From: Candidatus Aenigmatarchaeota archaeon
GTDB lineage: Archaea > Aenigmatarchaeota > Aenigmatarchaeia > GW2011-AR5
NCBI GenBank assembly: GCA_016187335.1
Contig: JACPJW010000001.1
Coordinates: 352,001 to 416,000 of the forward strand
DNA length: 64,000 nt
Direction of reading: 5' to 3'
The translations under genes and the position numbers were made by a program. A model generated the notes under the pieces. It made no database searches. It saw only the letters and a program-made list of their open reading frames with translations, and was not told where the DNA came from. Shown here in pieces: positions 48,581-57,223 of the stretch (positions are counted from its first letter, which is position 1; each line of letters starts with the position of its first letter).

Positions 48581-49066
48581 TCAGCGCAATGCGGCGGTTC
48601 TTTCTTGCATCCATTGTTCATGGTGTCTTGTTATCCATGTTAAATGTTTCCTATGTATTCTAGGATCTACATCTTCACCTTCTAAACCTTGCATCGTAGC
48701 ATTTATTGCAAGATTAAGTCCGTACACTTTCAGTAATTCTGCATTTACTGGATAAGTAGTAACTCTCCAGTCAAGCCCCTCGTTCTTTCGTATAGCATGA
48801 ACAAACAATACACGAGTACCCGTAGGTACTCTTTCAAAATCTTTCGGAGTTGATTGACCTTCTGGAACAGAATAAAAGCGTATCTTACCGCCTTTAACCT
48901 GATAAGAATTTGCATAAGGACTTTTTATTTCTACCGCTGTACTTTTAGGTCTACCACTGCCAACTCTTAAATTATAAGATTCTAAAAATTTTGGTGGTTT
49001 AATTTCATTTCCACCATTATGTCTATATCCATTTCCGTTGTTTGTAGCTCCGTGATATGTAGTCAT
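48581..49066 (-). CDS. Orphan hypothetical protein
   Basis: GGTGAG RBS, 161 aa, AT-rich. Confidence 0.65.
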   Translation of the reverse strand: MTTYHGATNNGNGYRHNGGNEIKPPKFLESYNLRVGSGRPKSTAVEIKSPYANSYQVKGGKIRFYSVPEGQSTPKDFERVPTGTRVLFVHAIRKNEGLDWRVTTYPVNAELLKVYGLNLAINATMQGLEGEDVDPRIHRKHLTWITRHHEQWMQERTAALR

Positions 49067-49095
49067 GTTCTCACCAAAAACGAAGAGAAAATAAT

Positions 49096-49176
49096 TCAGC
49101 GCAACAAAATGCGCAAGATAATCAGGTCAGCAGCAAGGCTAAGAAGATAAAGAGAAAAAGAAAATTCAAGATTCAT
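49096..49176 (-). CDS. Putative 26-aa hydrophobic micropeptide
   Basis: GGTGAT RBS; MNLEFSFSLYLLSLAADLIILRILLR; between two orphan genes. Confidence 0.5.
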   Translation of the reverse strand: MNLEFSFSLYLLSLAADLIILRILLR

Positions 49177-49191
49177 TTTATCACCGATTAT

Positions 49192-49503
49192 TTATTCATA
49201 AACTATCGTGACTTGGACTCTCCTAAAATACCCCGTTATAACGGTTCCTGACGGTATTTCTGAAATTGGTCTAGAAAGCTGTTCATTAGGAAGGGTATTT
49301 GCATGTCCCATTTTATAAGGTTCAGTAACGTCTGGACTTTTACCAGCACTTGAAGTAGGTTGTGTTGCTTCAGGAGTTTTATGGTAGTGCTCACATCCTT
49401 TCCGACCATGTCTTGGAATTCGGTCCGCAGGCTTGCCATTACAAAGGCTACTTAAGGGAGAATAGTGTTTACAACCTTCCCTCGCTTTATCACATTGACT
49501 CAT
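49192..49503 (-). CDS. Orphan Cys/His-rich protein (103 aa)
   Basis: GGTGA RBS; MSQCDKAREGCKHY..LC..GCEHYH. Confidence 0.6.
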   Translation of the reverse strand: MSQCDKAREGCKHYSPLSSLCNGKPADRIPRHGRKGCEHYHKTPEATQPTSSAGKSPDVTEPYKMGHANTLPNEQLSRPISEIPSGTVITGYFRRVQVTIVYE

Positions 49504-49780
49504 TTTTTCACCATCGTTGAACATTCTCTCCTCTCCCCGTGCAGCAAAAATGCAAATCAAAACCGCAGAAAAGAGGAGCGAAGCATTATCGGCGCCTAGC
49601 GCTTGATGATAGACGCTAGGCTGACGTATCTCTTTGTCAAGTTCAGTATCCCGGCGTTTATCAACTGCTTCATACCAAGTCAATATATGCAATCCATGTG
49701 CTTAAATATCTTGCGGTTTGTCCCTACCCTACAGGAACAACATTGTGGGACATGGTGGGAATTAACCGTAGACGCATCCG

Positions 49781-49808
49781 TTTTGATGCAACTTTTTTGA
49801 AAAGTTGC
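49781..49808 (+). repeat. REP-like palindrome, copy 4
   Basis: TTTTGATGCAACTTTTTTGAAAAGTTGC, 2 nt from the tRNA-Arg 3' end. Confidence 0.85.
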
Positions 49809-49810
49809 CA

Positions 49811-49936
49811 TGGGCGCGACGGGATTCGAATTCGCGAGTCATGGCTTCGCTCCATAACTTCCCGCGACCCCCTGCTTAGAAGGCTTGCATGTGATAAAAA
49901 TCACTAGATGCTCTATCCAAGCTGAGCTACGCGCCC
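49811..49936 (-). tRNA. tRNA-Arg(UCU) with two introns: 29/30 (21 nt, 49885-49905) and 53/54 (30 nt, 49831-49860)
   Basis: Acceptor GGGCGCG/CGCGCCC, CT-TCT-AA loop; both introns have perfect 4-bp BHB helices (GCAU/AUGC; CGCG/CGCG); mature length 75 nt. Confidence 0.92.
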
Positions 49937-50004
49937 GTTGGCAATTGAAAGTATAATTAGGGCTAATTTAAATAAAGAGTTCTATAATTTATTATCGGTG
50001 TCTT

Positions 50005-50769
50005 ATGACTCGCATCATAACTTGCACTTCCGGGAAGGGTGGCGCAGGCAAAACTACATTGGTTGCTAACTTAGGGCTTGCATTGCGCGAGCTGGGGCGA
50101 GACGTGATAGTCGTTGACGCCAACCTGACGACGCCAAATCTGGGTTTACATTTAGGAGTTCCATTGTACCCGACGACGCTTCACGACGTCCTCAAAGGCA
50201 CTGCGGACATCAAGGATGCCATTTACCGCCACGAAAGCGGCCTGAAAGTTATCCCTGCGGGTATATCCCTGCGCGACCTGCGGGGGGTTGATGCGCATGA
50301 CCTCCCTGAAGCCGTCATGGATCTGCTCGGGAGCGCGGAAATAGTGCTGATTGACAGCGCAGCAGGCCTTGGCAAGGAAGCTTTGTCGGCTATAGAAGCA
50401 TCAGATGAAATCATAATAGTCACGACGCCGGACCTTCCTTCTGTCACGGATGCCCTGAAAACAATGAAGCTTGCCGAGCAGGTGGGGACAAGAGTTACCG
50501 GCGTTGTCATAAACAGGGTCACAAAAATGAGGCACGAAATGACGACCCAGCAGGTTTCCAACATGCTTGACGGTCCTGAGATTTTGGCGGAAATACCCGA
50601 GGATATAAACGTCCATAGAGCCGTGGCAAGCAGGCAGCCTGTTGTCCATCACGTGCCGCATTCACACGCCAGCAGAAGCATAAAGGGCCTTGCCGCAACG
50701 CTTGTCGGGGAGCCTTCCTTGACAAAAGATCCATGGTACAAGCGTTTTCTCTCGTTCATGTACAGGTAA
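50005..50769 (+). CDS. minD: MinD-family ATPase
   Basis: SGKGGAGKTT, VDANLTTPNL, IDSAAGLG, GVVINRV, IPED. Confidence 0.93.
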   Translation: MTRIITCTSGKGGAGKTTLVANLGLALRELGRDVIVVDANLTTPNLGLHLGVPLYPTTLHDVLKGTADIKDAIYRHESGLKVIPAGISLRDLRGVDAHDLPEAVMDLLGSAEIVLIDSAAGLGKEALSAIEASDEIIIVTTPDLPSVTDALKTMKLAEQVGTRVTGVVINRVTKMRHEMTTQQVSNMLDGPEILAEIPEDINVHRAVASRQPVVHHVPHSHASRSIKGLAATLVGEPSLTKDPWYKRFLSFMYR

Positions 50770-50770
50770 A

Positions 50771-50874
50771 CTTCCTAAAAGAACATAAGTTCTTTTGGGT
50801 CTTGGAACGCTTTGCTTTCCAAAGATTTCCAAAAAGTTTCATCAAAGCAACTTTTCAAAAAAGTTGCATCAAAA
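50771..50874. repeat. Composite multi-hairpin element ending in REP-like copy 5 (reverse orientation, 50847-50874)
   Basis: AAAAGAAC-ATAA-GTTCTTTT, imperfect TTGGAA..TTCCAA, partial AAAAAGTTTCATCAAA, then GCAACTTTTCAAAAAAGTTGCATCAAAA. Confidence 0.8.
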
Positions 50875-50886
50875 AGGGTGGTTACG

Positions 50887-50976
50887 ATGCCGCGCAAAAA
50901 GAAGAAACGCCTGATGCAGGAAGAAGCTGAGCGGAATATCAGGCCGGTTAAGTGGAAGGCAAAGGGAAGAAGCTAG
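50887..50976 (+). CDS. Putative 29-aa basic microprotein
   Basis: GGGTGG RBS; MPRKKKKRLMQEEAERNIRPVKWKAKGRS. Confidence 0.5.
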   Translation: MPRKKKKRLMQEEAERNIRPVKWKAKGRS

Positions 50977-52607
50977 GTTAGCGTCTTAATTATTTCTTCC
51001 AGATCCATCTCTAAAGCAACCACAGGCTTTTCCAGCTTCCAGTTATTTATCACTGATGGGTGCAATTCTCCGATAACACCTAAATGCTTTTTCCCGACGA
51101 AAATGTCAGCGCACCTGCCTTCAATGAATGAAGCATGGACACTTTTCTTCAATGAATATTTTATTCCCAGATTGCTGAAGAATGCATCCAGAACAGAAGA
51201 TAATTGTTCGTAGCTTATTTTTGAATCGCTGATGCCGGCAGAAAACTTTTTCATTATTGCTACACCGGTTTCCTGGTTTTCATCAGGCAGCAGAACATCG
51301 CCTACTTCAAAAATTTTCTGCGGGTAATCGCGGTGCTTGTTCTGGCTGAATGTTTTTATCAGCGAAGGAAGAAGGCTTGGTCTGCATATAGTGCACTCAA
51401 CTGTTACCGGGTTGAGAGTTTCACAGACTTCTTCTTCTCTTTTGTTCATTTTTGCGAACTCGTCTTCTTTGTTAGTAAGAATCATGCTCATGACTTCCTG
51501 AAATCCCAAGGCAGTCAGGGAATCACGAAGATAGTAAACAAAATCTTCCTTGCTTCTTTCAGCTATAGTAGGGACTTTGGGTATCTTGGGTTCAAATGTC
51601 CAGTAGCCTTTTCCTATTGCAGCATCCTCAACAATGTCCATCTCATGCATTATGTCCACGCGGTACGGCGGTACCAGAACATAGCCGTCATATTCGAAAC
51701 CCATTTTTCCTAAAAGTTCCCGGAATTCTTGGGGATTGAGGTCTAGATCAAGCAGTTTGTTTACATAATCAATGCTTACCTTCATTCTCCACGGCTTCAG
51801 GTCAGGCGTTATATTTTTCGTTTTGCCTATGACTTCTACTGTTTCCACGTCAAAGCCACGCTCTGCCAATGATGTTACCAGAATATTCAATGCCTGGTTG
51901 ATTGCCAGTTTATTTGTTCCTGTTATGTCTATGAATAAATTTTTTGTATGCTGCGTGACTCGCGTCAGCTCGCCGTTAATTATCGGCGGGAAGCTGAGAA
52001 CATCGCCGTTGCTGTCAGTTATTACAGGGTATTCCCTGGCGCCCTTTAGTATATGCGCGTATTCCTTGCCCTTAGGATGCTCATCCAGGATTTCCCCGAG
52101 GTTCATTTTTTCCTTCATGTCGAGAGGAATGAAGGAAATTTCTTTGGGCTTTGCTGGTTTGTAAGTGAACGGCGGCTTTACTTTGTCCAGATCATGGATA
52201 CCTATGGCTATTTTCTTTCTTTTCCTGCCGAAGGTCTCGTGTATCTTTTCCTGCAGCTGTATCAGCGAGCCAATCACGTAATCGTTGAGCTTTGCATTGC
52301 GCACGACAGCGGCAACAACATAAGGCCTGGACTCAACATTTTTTGCAGCCAGCTTTATGCCGCTTGACTTTGACTTGTATTTGGAAAGTCCCTTGCTCAA
52401 CCCCAGAAACGTCCGCAAGGCACGCGCAAACCCCTCGGGGCTCAGCAAATCAGGCCTGTTAGGGAATATCTCGTAATAAATCTTGCCGTCTTCCAGCTTC
52501 TCAAAGGGGCATCCCATCATGGGTATCAGTTCCGTTAATTCCTTTTCTGATAACTTCTTGCCTACAAGATTTTCTAGGTCGCTCAGGAAAAATTCTACTA
52601 CTGCCAT
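50973..52607 (-). CDS. pheT: Phenylalanyl-tRNA synthetase beta subunit
   Basis: PNRPDLLS, SFPPIIN, DIMHEMDIVED, FIEGRCA, GELHP. Confidence 0.97.
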   Translation of the reverse strand: MAVVEFFLSDLENLVGKKLSEKELTELIPMMGCPFEKLEDGKIYYEIFPNRPDLLSPEGFARALRTFLGLSKGLSKYKSKSSGIKLAAKNVESRPYVVAAVVRNAKLNDYVIGSLIQLQEKIHETFGRKRKKIAIGIHDLDKVKPPFTYKPAKPKEISFIPLDMKEKMNLGEILDEHPKGKEYAHILKGAREYPVITDSNGDVLSFPPIINGELTRVTQHTKNLFIDITGTNKLAINQALNILVTSLAERGFDVETVEVIGKTKNITPDLKPWRMKVSIDYVNKLLDLDLNPQEFRELLGKMGFEYDGYVLVPPYRVDIMHEMDIVEDAAIGKGYWTFEPKIPKVPTIAERSKEDFVYYLRDSLTALGFQEVMSMILTNKEDEFAKMNKREEEVCETLNPVTVECTICRPSLLPSLIKTFSQNKHRDYPQKIFEVGDVLLPDENQETGVAIMKKFSAGISDSKISYEQLSSVLDAFFSNLGIKYSLKKSVHASFIEGRCADIFVGKKHLGVIGELHPSVINNWKLEKPVVALEMDLEEIIKTLT

Positions 52608-53827
52608 AACACCGCTTCCCTCAGCAATTTCAGGTCATTCTTGTAATAGAAATTCCTGATATCATTCATACCCATCTTGAGCATTATCAGCCGCTCAAGT
52701 CCAAGCCCCCACGCAAGTACAGGAACGTCAATGCCTACGGCTTTGCACATTTCCGGCCTGAATATCCCGGACCCGCCCATCTCAATCCACTCCCCCTTTT
52801 CTTCAAAATATATCTCCGGCTCCGTTGACATCTCCGTGTAAGGGAAGTAAGCCGGACGAAACCTTACTTTGAAGCCCATCCTCTGGTAGAATTCCTTCAG
52901 GTAGCCCAGCAAATCGCGGAAACCTATGTTTTCATCAAGAACTATGCCTTCTATCTGGGTGAATTCTGCCGTATGCTTGTAATCTATGCTTTCATTGCGA
53001 AATGTCTTGCCTATGCAGAAGACCTTTGCAGGCGGCGTAAGCTTGCTCATCTCGCGGATGGAAACTGCTGTCGTGTGCGTCCTTAACACAGCTTGTTTTG
53101 CAATTTCCTCGCTCCATTTGTAGCGCCATCCCAGCGAGCCTGTGCCGCCTCCGTTTTCATGAGCAGCCTTGACCTGATTAACAAGATTTTTGTCAGGTAA
53201 TTTACATTTTTTAGGGTTTTTCATGTAGAAAGTATCCTGCAATTCCCTGCCTGGATGATCCTGCGGCACGAACAGCGCGTCAAAGTTCCAGAAAGAGCTT
53301 TCTATCAACGGACCCGACGCTTCCTTAAAACCGAGGTCAAAAAATATATCTCTTATTTTCTGGATATAGAAAGAAACGATATGCTTTTTGCCGGGCTGAA
53401 TTTTCTGACCGGGAACTTCAACATTATACGGTCTGAATTTCCCTAGACGCCAGTCCCGGGTTTTTATCATTTCTTCCGTAAGAAATATAATTTCCTTTTC
53501 AATTTTTCTCGATTTTTCCGCAAGCTTCCTCTGGATCAGGACAGAAAGGATGTTTTCGTCAACTTTCTCCCCTCTGGATATTTTCTCCAGCGCCAGCTGC
53601 TCGGGGAAGCTTTTCGGTTCTTTGGCAAGATGGATTTTGCCTCCCTTCACTTCCACCCAGCCCTTTTTCTTCGCCCATTGTATGGCTATGGAAAAATTCT
53701 TCATCCTCCCTTTCAGCAGGTCAAAGGAAACTGGACCCTCTATAAGCAGCTCAACAAGGTTTTTTTCAGGCAAGCCTTCTTCTAGGTATTCTTTGCCCTC
53801 CTCTGTCAGCGCATACATGATAATCAC
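52598..53827 (-). CDS. pheS: Phenylalanyl-tRNA synthetase alpha subunit
   Basis: FWNFDALF.PQDHPGRE, LRTHTT, FRNE..HTAEFTQIEG, FPYTEMS, WGLGLER. Confidence 0.97.
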   Translation of the reverse strand: MIIMYALTEEGKEYLEEGLPEKNLVELLIEGPVSFDLLKGRMKNFSIAIQWAKKKGWVEVKGGKIHLAKEPKSFPEQLALEKISRGEKVDENILSVLIQRKLAEKSRKIEKEIIFLTEEMIKTRDWRLGKFRPYNVEVPGQKIQPGKKHIVSFYIQKIRDIFFDLGFKEASGPLIESSFWNFDALFVPQDHPGRELQDTFYMKNPKKCKLPDKNLVNQVKAAHENGGGTGSLGWRYKWSEEIAKQAVLRTHTTAVSIREMSKLTPPAKVFCIGKTFRNESIDYKHTAEFTQIEGIVLDENIGFRDLLGYLKEFYQRMGFKVRFRPAYFPYTEMSTEPEIYFEEKGEWIEMGGSGIFRPEMCKAVGIDVPVLAWGLGLERLIMLKMGMNDIRNFYYKNDLKLLREAVLWQ

Positions 53828-53871
53828 TTGCTTTTCCGAGTCTTAAATATTGGATTCTGGTAAATTTTTTA

Positions 53872-54228
53872 TCAGCGGATAAATCCCCATCCACGTCTTC
53901 GAGGCATTTGATCTGGATTTTCTGCCTTTGGATAAGCAGCATGCAGGCACCCGCCTGTGCACTCATTATCCAGTACAGGCCTTATACTTACCAGTTCATC
54001 TCCACGTACCAAACCAGCACGAATGACGGAACCATAAGGACATCCTTTATGGCATTTAATTCCTCTGACAGTAGCGCCATCATATGTGACAGCTTCGCAT
54101 TCATGCGTGCCCTCGGGTAGAGACGCTCCGGTCAATATAGTTGCCTTGTCTCTTCTACTTCCTGCTTGTTCTATTTGTTTTGCAATGTATCCGCTTATTC
54201 TTGGGATTCCGTTTCCATCTGAACTCAT
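53872..54228 (-). CDS. Orphan Cys-containing protein upstream of pheS
   Basis: GAGGTG RBS; HEC, CHKGC, ECTGGC; AT-richer. Confidence 0.65.
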   Translation of the reverse strand: MSSDGNGIPRISGYIAKQIEQAGSRRDKATILTGASLPEGTHECEAVTYDGATVRGIKCHKGCPYGSVIRAGLVRGDELVSIRPVLDNECTGGCLHAAYPKAENPDQMPRRRGWGFIR

Positions 54229-54486
54229 TTCTCAGCACCTCTTTTCTATTTTCCTGCCTAACTGCTTATCGGGCACAGCAGAACGCTGTGCCTAGATGTA
54301 AAAGAAAAACTCAAAAAATTCCGTGCAGAAGTTAGACAAGAAATCAGTATAACAACTAATCAGAACATTCCGGTTTAGCGAAGAAATTGGTACGGCATCA
54401 GTCCACCCTTGTAACATAATAATGAAGCGCTCAAATATATAAATTTATCTGAGCCGCTTTTAAAAACATCTTGGCAAAATAAGATT

Positions 54487-55947
54487 ATGTCAAATACAGC
54501 GGAGATAGAAAAGATAGCGCTGCGAAGAGGCTTTTTCTTCCCGTCATCAGAAATTTACGGGGGGCTGTCCGGCTTATATGATTACGGCCCTCTGGGAACG
54601 CTGATGAAAAGGAAATGGGAGGGACTGTGGAGAAGGTTCTTTCTCGGACTGGACGAGAATTTCTACGAGATAGAAGCAGCTGACATAATGCATGAAGGAG
54701 TTTTCATTGCTTCCGGCCATCTTCAGAGCTTTGTTGACCCTGTCGTGAAATGCAAGAAATGCGGTTATGCGGAAAGAGCTGACCACATCCTCGAAGATGT
54801 CCTGCAGGAAAAGTTTGAAGGACTTTCGCCGCAGCAGCTTGACGAGATAATAAAGAAGCACAATATAAAATGCCCGAAATGCGGCGGCGCGTTTCAGGAA
54901 GTTGGAATTCTGAATATGATGTTCCCGCTGAATGTCGGCGTGGACAAGCCAGCTCGTGCCTATCTAAGGCCCGAAACGGCGCAGGGTGCCTATGTAAACT
55001 TCCGTAGAGCCTTTGAGGTATTACGCAAAAAACTTCCGTTGGGCTTGGCAATTATAGGCAAAGCCTACCGCAACGAGATATCGCCGCGTAATCTGCTGAT
55101 AAGGATGAGGGAATTCACGCAAGCAGAATTACAGATCTTTTTCAATCCGAAGAAAATAGACGAGCATCCTGATTTCAACGAAGTGAAGGATTACCCGTTG
55201 CGTATTTATTCCGAAGAAAAAAAGCTGAAGTTCACCGAAGAGCTGTCGTCCTCACAGGTTTGCAAGGAGCAGAATTTGCCGGAATTCTACGTTTATTACA
55301 TGGCGAAAATCCAGCAGTTTTATCTTGACGTGCTCAAGATAGACCCCAAGAAATTCCGCTTTCGTGAATTAAGCAAAGAAGAAAGGGCGTTTTACAACAA
55401 GTACCACTGGGATGTAGAGTTAGAGCTGAGCGATGGTTTCAGGGAAGTCGGCGGCATCCACTACAGGACTGACCATGATTTATCAGGGCATCAGAAAGTG
55501 TCGAAGCAGGACATGTCTGTTTTTGCTGACGCCGAGAAGTTTGTTCCCCATGTCCTTGAACTGAGCTTCGGGGTGGACAGGAATATTTTTGCCCTGATGG
55601 ATTTGTCTCTGAAGAAAGGAAAAGAAGGAATGATTTTCGCTTTCCCGAAGATAGCTGCGCCTTATGACGCTGCCGTGTTTCCGCTGGTAAGCAAGAACGG
55701 CCTTCCTGAAAAGGCCCGGGAAATATTCGGAATCCTCTCAGGCTTCACCATGCTGTACGACGAGTCAGGCAGCATCGGCCGCAGATACGCTCGGCAGGAC
55801 GAGGCAGGAACGCCTTTCTGCATCACCGTGGACCATCAGACGCTTGAGGACAATACCGTCACGGTCCGCGACAGGGATACTACAAAGCAGGTAAGGGTGG
55901 GCATAAACGAGCTAGCAGAAAAAATATCAGAAATGCTTTCCGAATAG
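54487..55947 (+). CDS. glyS: Glycyl-tRNA synthetase (alpha2 type)
   Basis: YDYGPLG, LRPETAQG, RNEISPR, EFTQAE, SFGVDR, GSIGRRYARQDE. Confidence 0.97.
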   Translation: MSNTAEIEKIALRRGFFFPSSEIYGGLSGLYDYGPLGTLMKRKWEGLWRRFFLGLDENFYEIEAADIMHEGVFIASGHLQSFVDPVVKCKKCGYAERADHILEDVLQEKFEGLSPQQLDEIIKKHNIKCPKCGGAFQEVGILNMMFPLNVGVDKPARAYLRPETAQGAYVNFRRAFEVLRKKLPLGLAIIGKAYRNEISPRNLLIRMREFTQAELQIFFNPKKIDEHPDFNEVKDYPLRIYSEEKKLKFTEELSSSQVCKEQNLPEFYVYYMAKIQQFYLDVLKIDPKKFRFRELSKEERAFYNKYHWDVELELSDGFREVGGIHYRTDHDLSGHQKVSKQDMSVFADAEKFVPHVLELSFGVDRNIFALMDLSLKKGKEGMIFAFPKIAAPYDAAVFPLVSKNGLPEKAREIFGILSGFTMLYDESGSIGRRYARQDEAGTPFCITVDHQTLEDNTVTVRDRDTTKQVRVGINELAEKISEMLSE

Positions 55948-55949
55948 AT

Positions 55950-55975
55950 TTTTGATTAAACTTTTTAAAAAGTTC
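55950..55975 (+). repeat. REP-like palindrome, copy 6 (degenerate TA variant)
   Basis: TTTTGATTAAACTTTTTAAAAAGTTC between convergent genes. Confidence 0.75.
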
Positions 55976-57116
55976 ACCTGAACTTTCTCAGCTGCCCGCT
56001 TTTCTTGGCGGCTTCGTGCCTTTGTACCTTCCCGTATTTTTTCTTTATTTCCCGTTCCAGCTTGCCCAGAACATCCTGCGCAACGTCAAGAGGCTTCCAG
56101 CCCATTGAGTGAGACACGAAAAGCCCCAGCGGCGTGCCTATTCTCGCGCGCATCACATAGCGGATTTTCTTATCGCCACCGCCATGGTCGTTCTGCCTCT
56201 CTACATGAACAAAGAGATATTGTACGCTGTCCATCATCCTCCCGATTTTCTGGACAAATCTTGTTGTTGCCTCGTCCACGCCGGCAATCAGTTCGCTGCT
56301 TTCGCCGTGAAGCCCAGTGACTTGCACGTAAACCTGTTTTTTAGGGCCTGAAACGAGCAGTTCAAGGATATCCTTTGGGGTTATTATTCCCGGCTCGCCG
56401 TTCATGACGATAACTTCTTCGCTTTTCTGCAGTAAGTCCAAAGCCCTTTCCAGAGGAGAGTTTTCTTTCAGTATGGCAGCAGCATGCATGAAAGATTCCA
56501 CGCCAGCACTTTCAGTGGACATCTTTTCGCTGGCGCCCCGCTCCTTTGTTTTTCCTCTCATCTCCATTTTTTCTTTTCCTTCGAGCAGCTTTATCATGTC
56601 CAGCGTCCCTACGACCCCGAGAACCTTTTGGCCGTCGATAACAGGGACGCGCGATACGTTTTTGTTGAACATGATTTTTTTGACTTTCCCGGCATTGTCA
56701 CCTTTCGACACGCACTCACACTTGACAGCAATATCCCCGCAGGTTTTCTTCGTGTTCATCAGTTTTGATGCAACCTTGACAACATCATATTCGGAAACAA
56801 TACCCACCAGATTCCCTTTGTCCACAACAGGAACAGCCCTTAATCCCGTGTTCAGTAGGAGTTCTATGATTTTCTGCAAGTCATGCTCCGGCGAAGCAGT
56901 GGAAGTGCTCGTTACGTAGTTCTCAACCTTTGTTGACTGTATGTCTATGTCCTTTGTAACAATGTTTTTCAATTCAAGCAGCCCGAGAACATTCTTCCCT
57001 TCAACGACAGGAAGCCGGTGGATATTGTATTTTTTCATCTTGGCCAATGCCGTGTTCAATGTGTCGCCCCTTCCGCAGGTTATCACGTTTCTGGTCATGA
57101 TTTCGCTTACTTTCAT
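55974..57116 (-). CDS. CBS-domain protein with C-terminal HPF/RaiA-like domain (candidate ribosome hibernation factor)
   Basis: About four CBS repeats, then a ~110 aa alpha/beta domain (VHVE..RYVMRARI..GWKPLDVAQDVLGKLEREI) resembling HPF/S30EA. Confidence 0.75.
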   Translation of the reverse strand: MKVSEIMTRNVITCGRGDTLNTALAKMKKYNIHRLPVVEGKNVLGLLELKNIVTKDIDIQSTKVENYVTSTSTASPEHDLQKIIELLLNTGLRAVPVVDKGNLVGIVSEYDVVKVASKLMNTKKTCGDIAVKCECVSKGDNAGKVKKIMFNKNVSRVPVIDGQKVLGVVGTLDMIKLLEGKEKMEMRGKTKERGASEKMSTESAGVESFMHAAAILKENSPLERALDLLQKSEEVIVMNGEPGIITPKDILELLVSGPKKQVYVQVTGLHGESSELIAGVDEATTRFVQKIGRMMDSVQYLFVHVERQNDHGGGDKKIRYVMRARIGTPLGLFVSHSMGWKPLDVAQDVLGKLEREIKKKYGKVQRHEAAKKSGQLRKFR

Positions 57117-57138
57117 GAAAACACCTAGGGTTTATGCC

Positions 57139-57159
57139 TTACTCTATAGAATAGAGTAA
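57139..57159. promoter_or_regulatory. Perfect 9-bp-arm palindrome in a divergent promoter
   Basis: TTACTCTAT-AGA-ATAGAGTAA next to TAAATTTATA. Confidence 0.5.
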
Positions 57160-57223
57160 ATAAATTTATACAGATGAAATCTGGGAAAAATTTCTTTTTA
57201 AGGTTAATTGTTGTCGTTTATTT

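Noticed and set aside
49504-49692. N-terminal extension of the 166-aa track ORF
   Set aside because: It lacks an RBS, whereas a clear GGTGA precedes the ATG at 49503.
49590-49775. Possible C/D box sRNA or tRNA half (TGATGA..CTGA; hairpins CCTAGCG/CGCTAGG and TGTCCC/GGGACA)
   Set aside because: There is no second C'/D pair or tRNA arm, so it cannot be supported by eye.
50887-50976. Assignment as ribosomal protein eL41
   Set aside because: It lacks the RWKW/KKR..R pattern as I recall it; kept only as an unknown microprotein.
54300-54480. Short minus-strand ORFs (41 aa; 7-aa uORF with GGTGG)
   Set aside because: Too short and without motif support.
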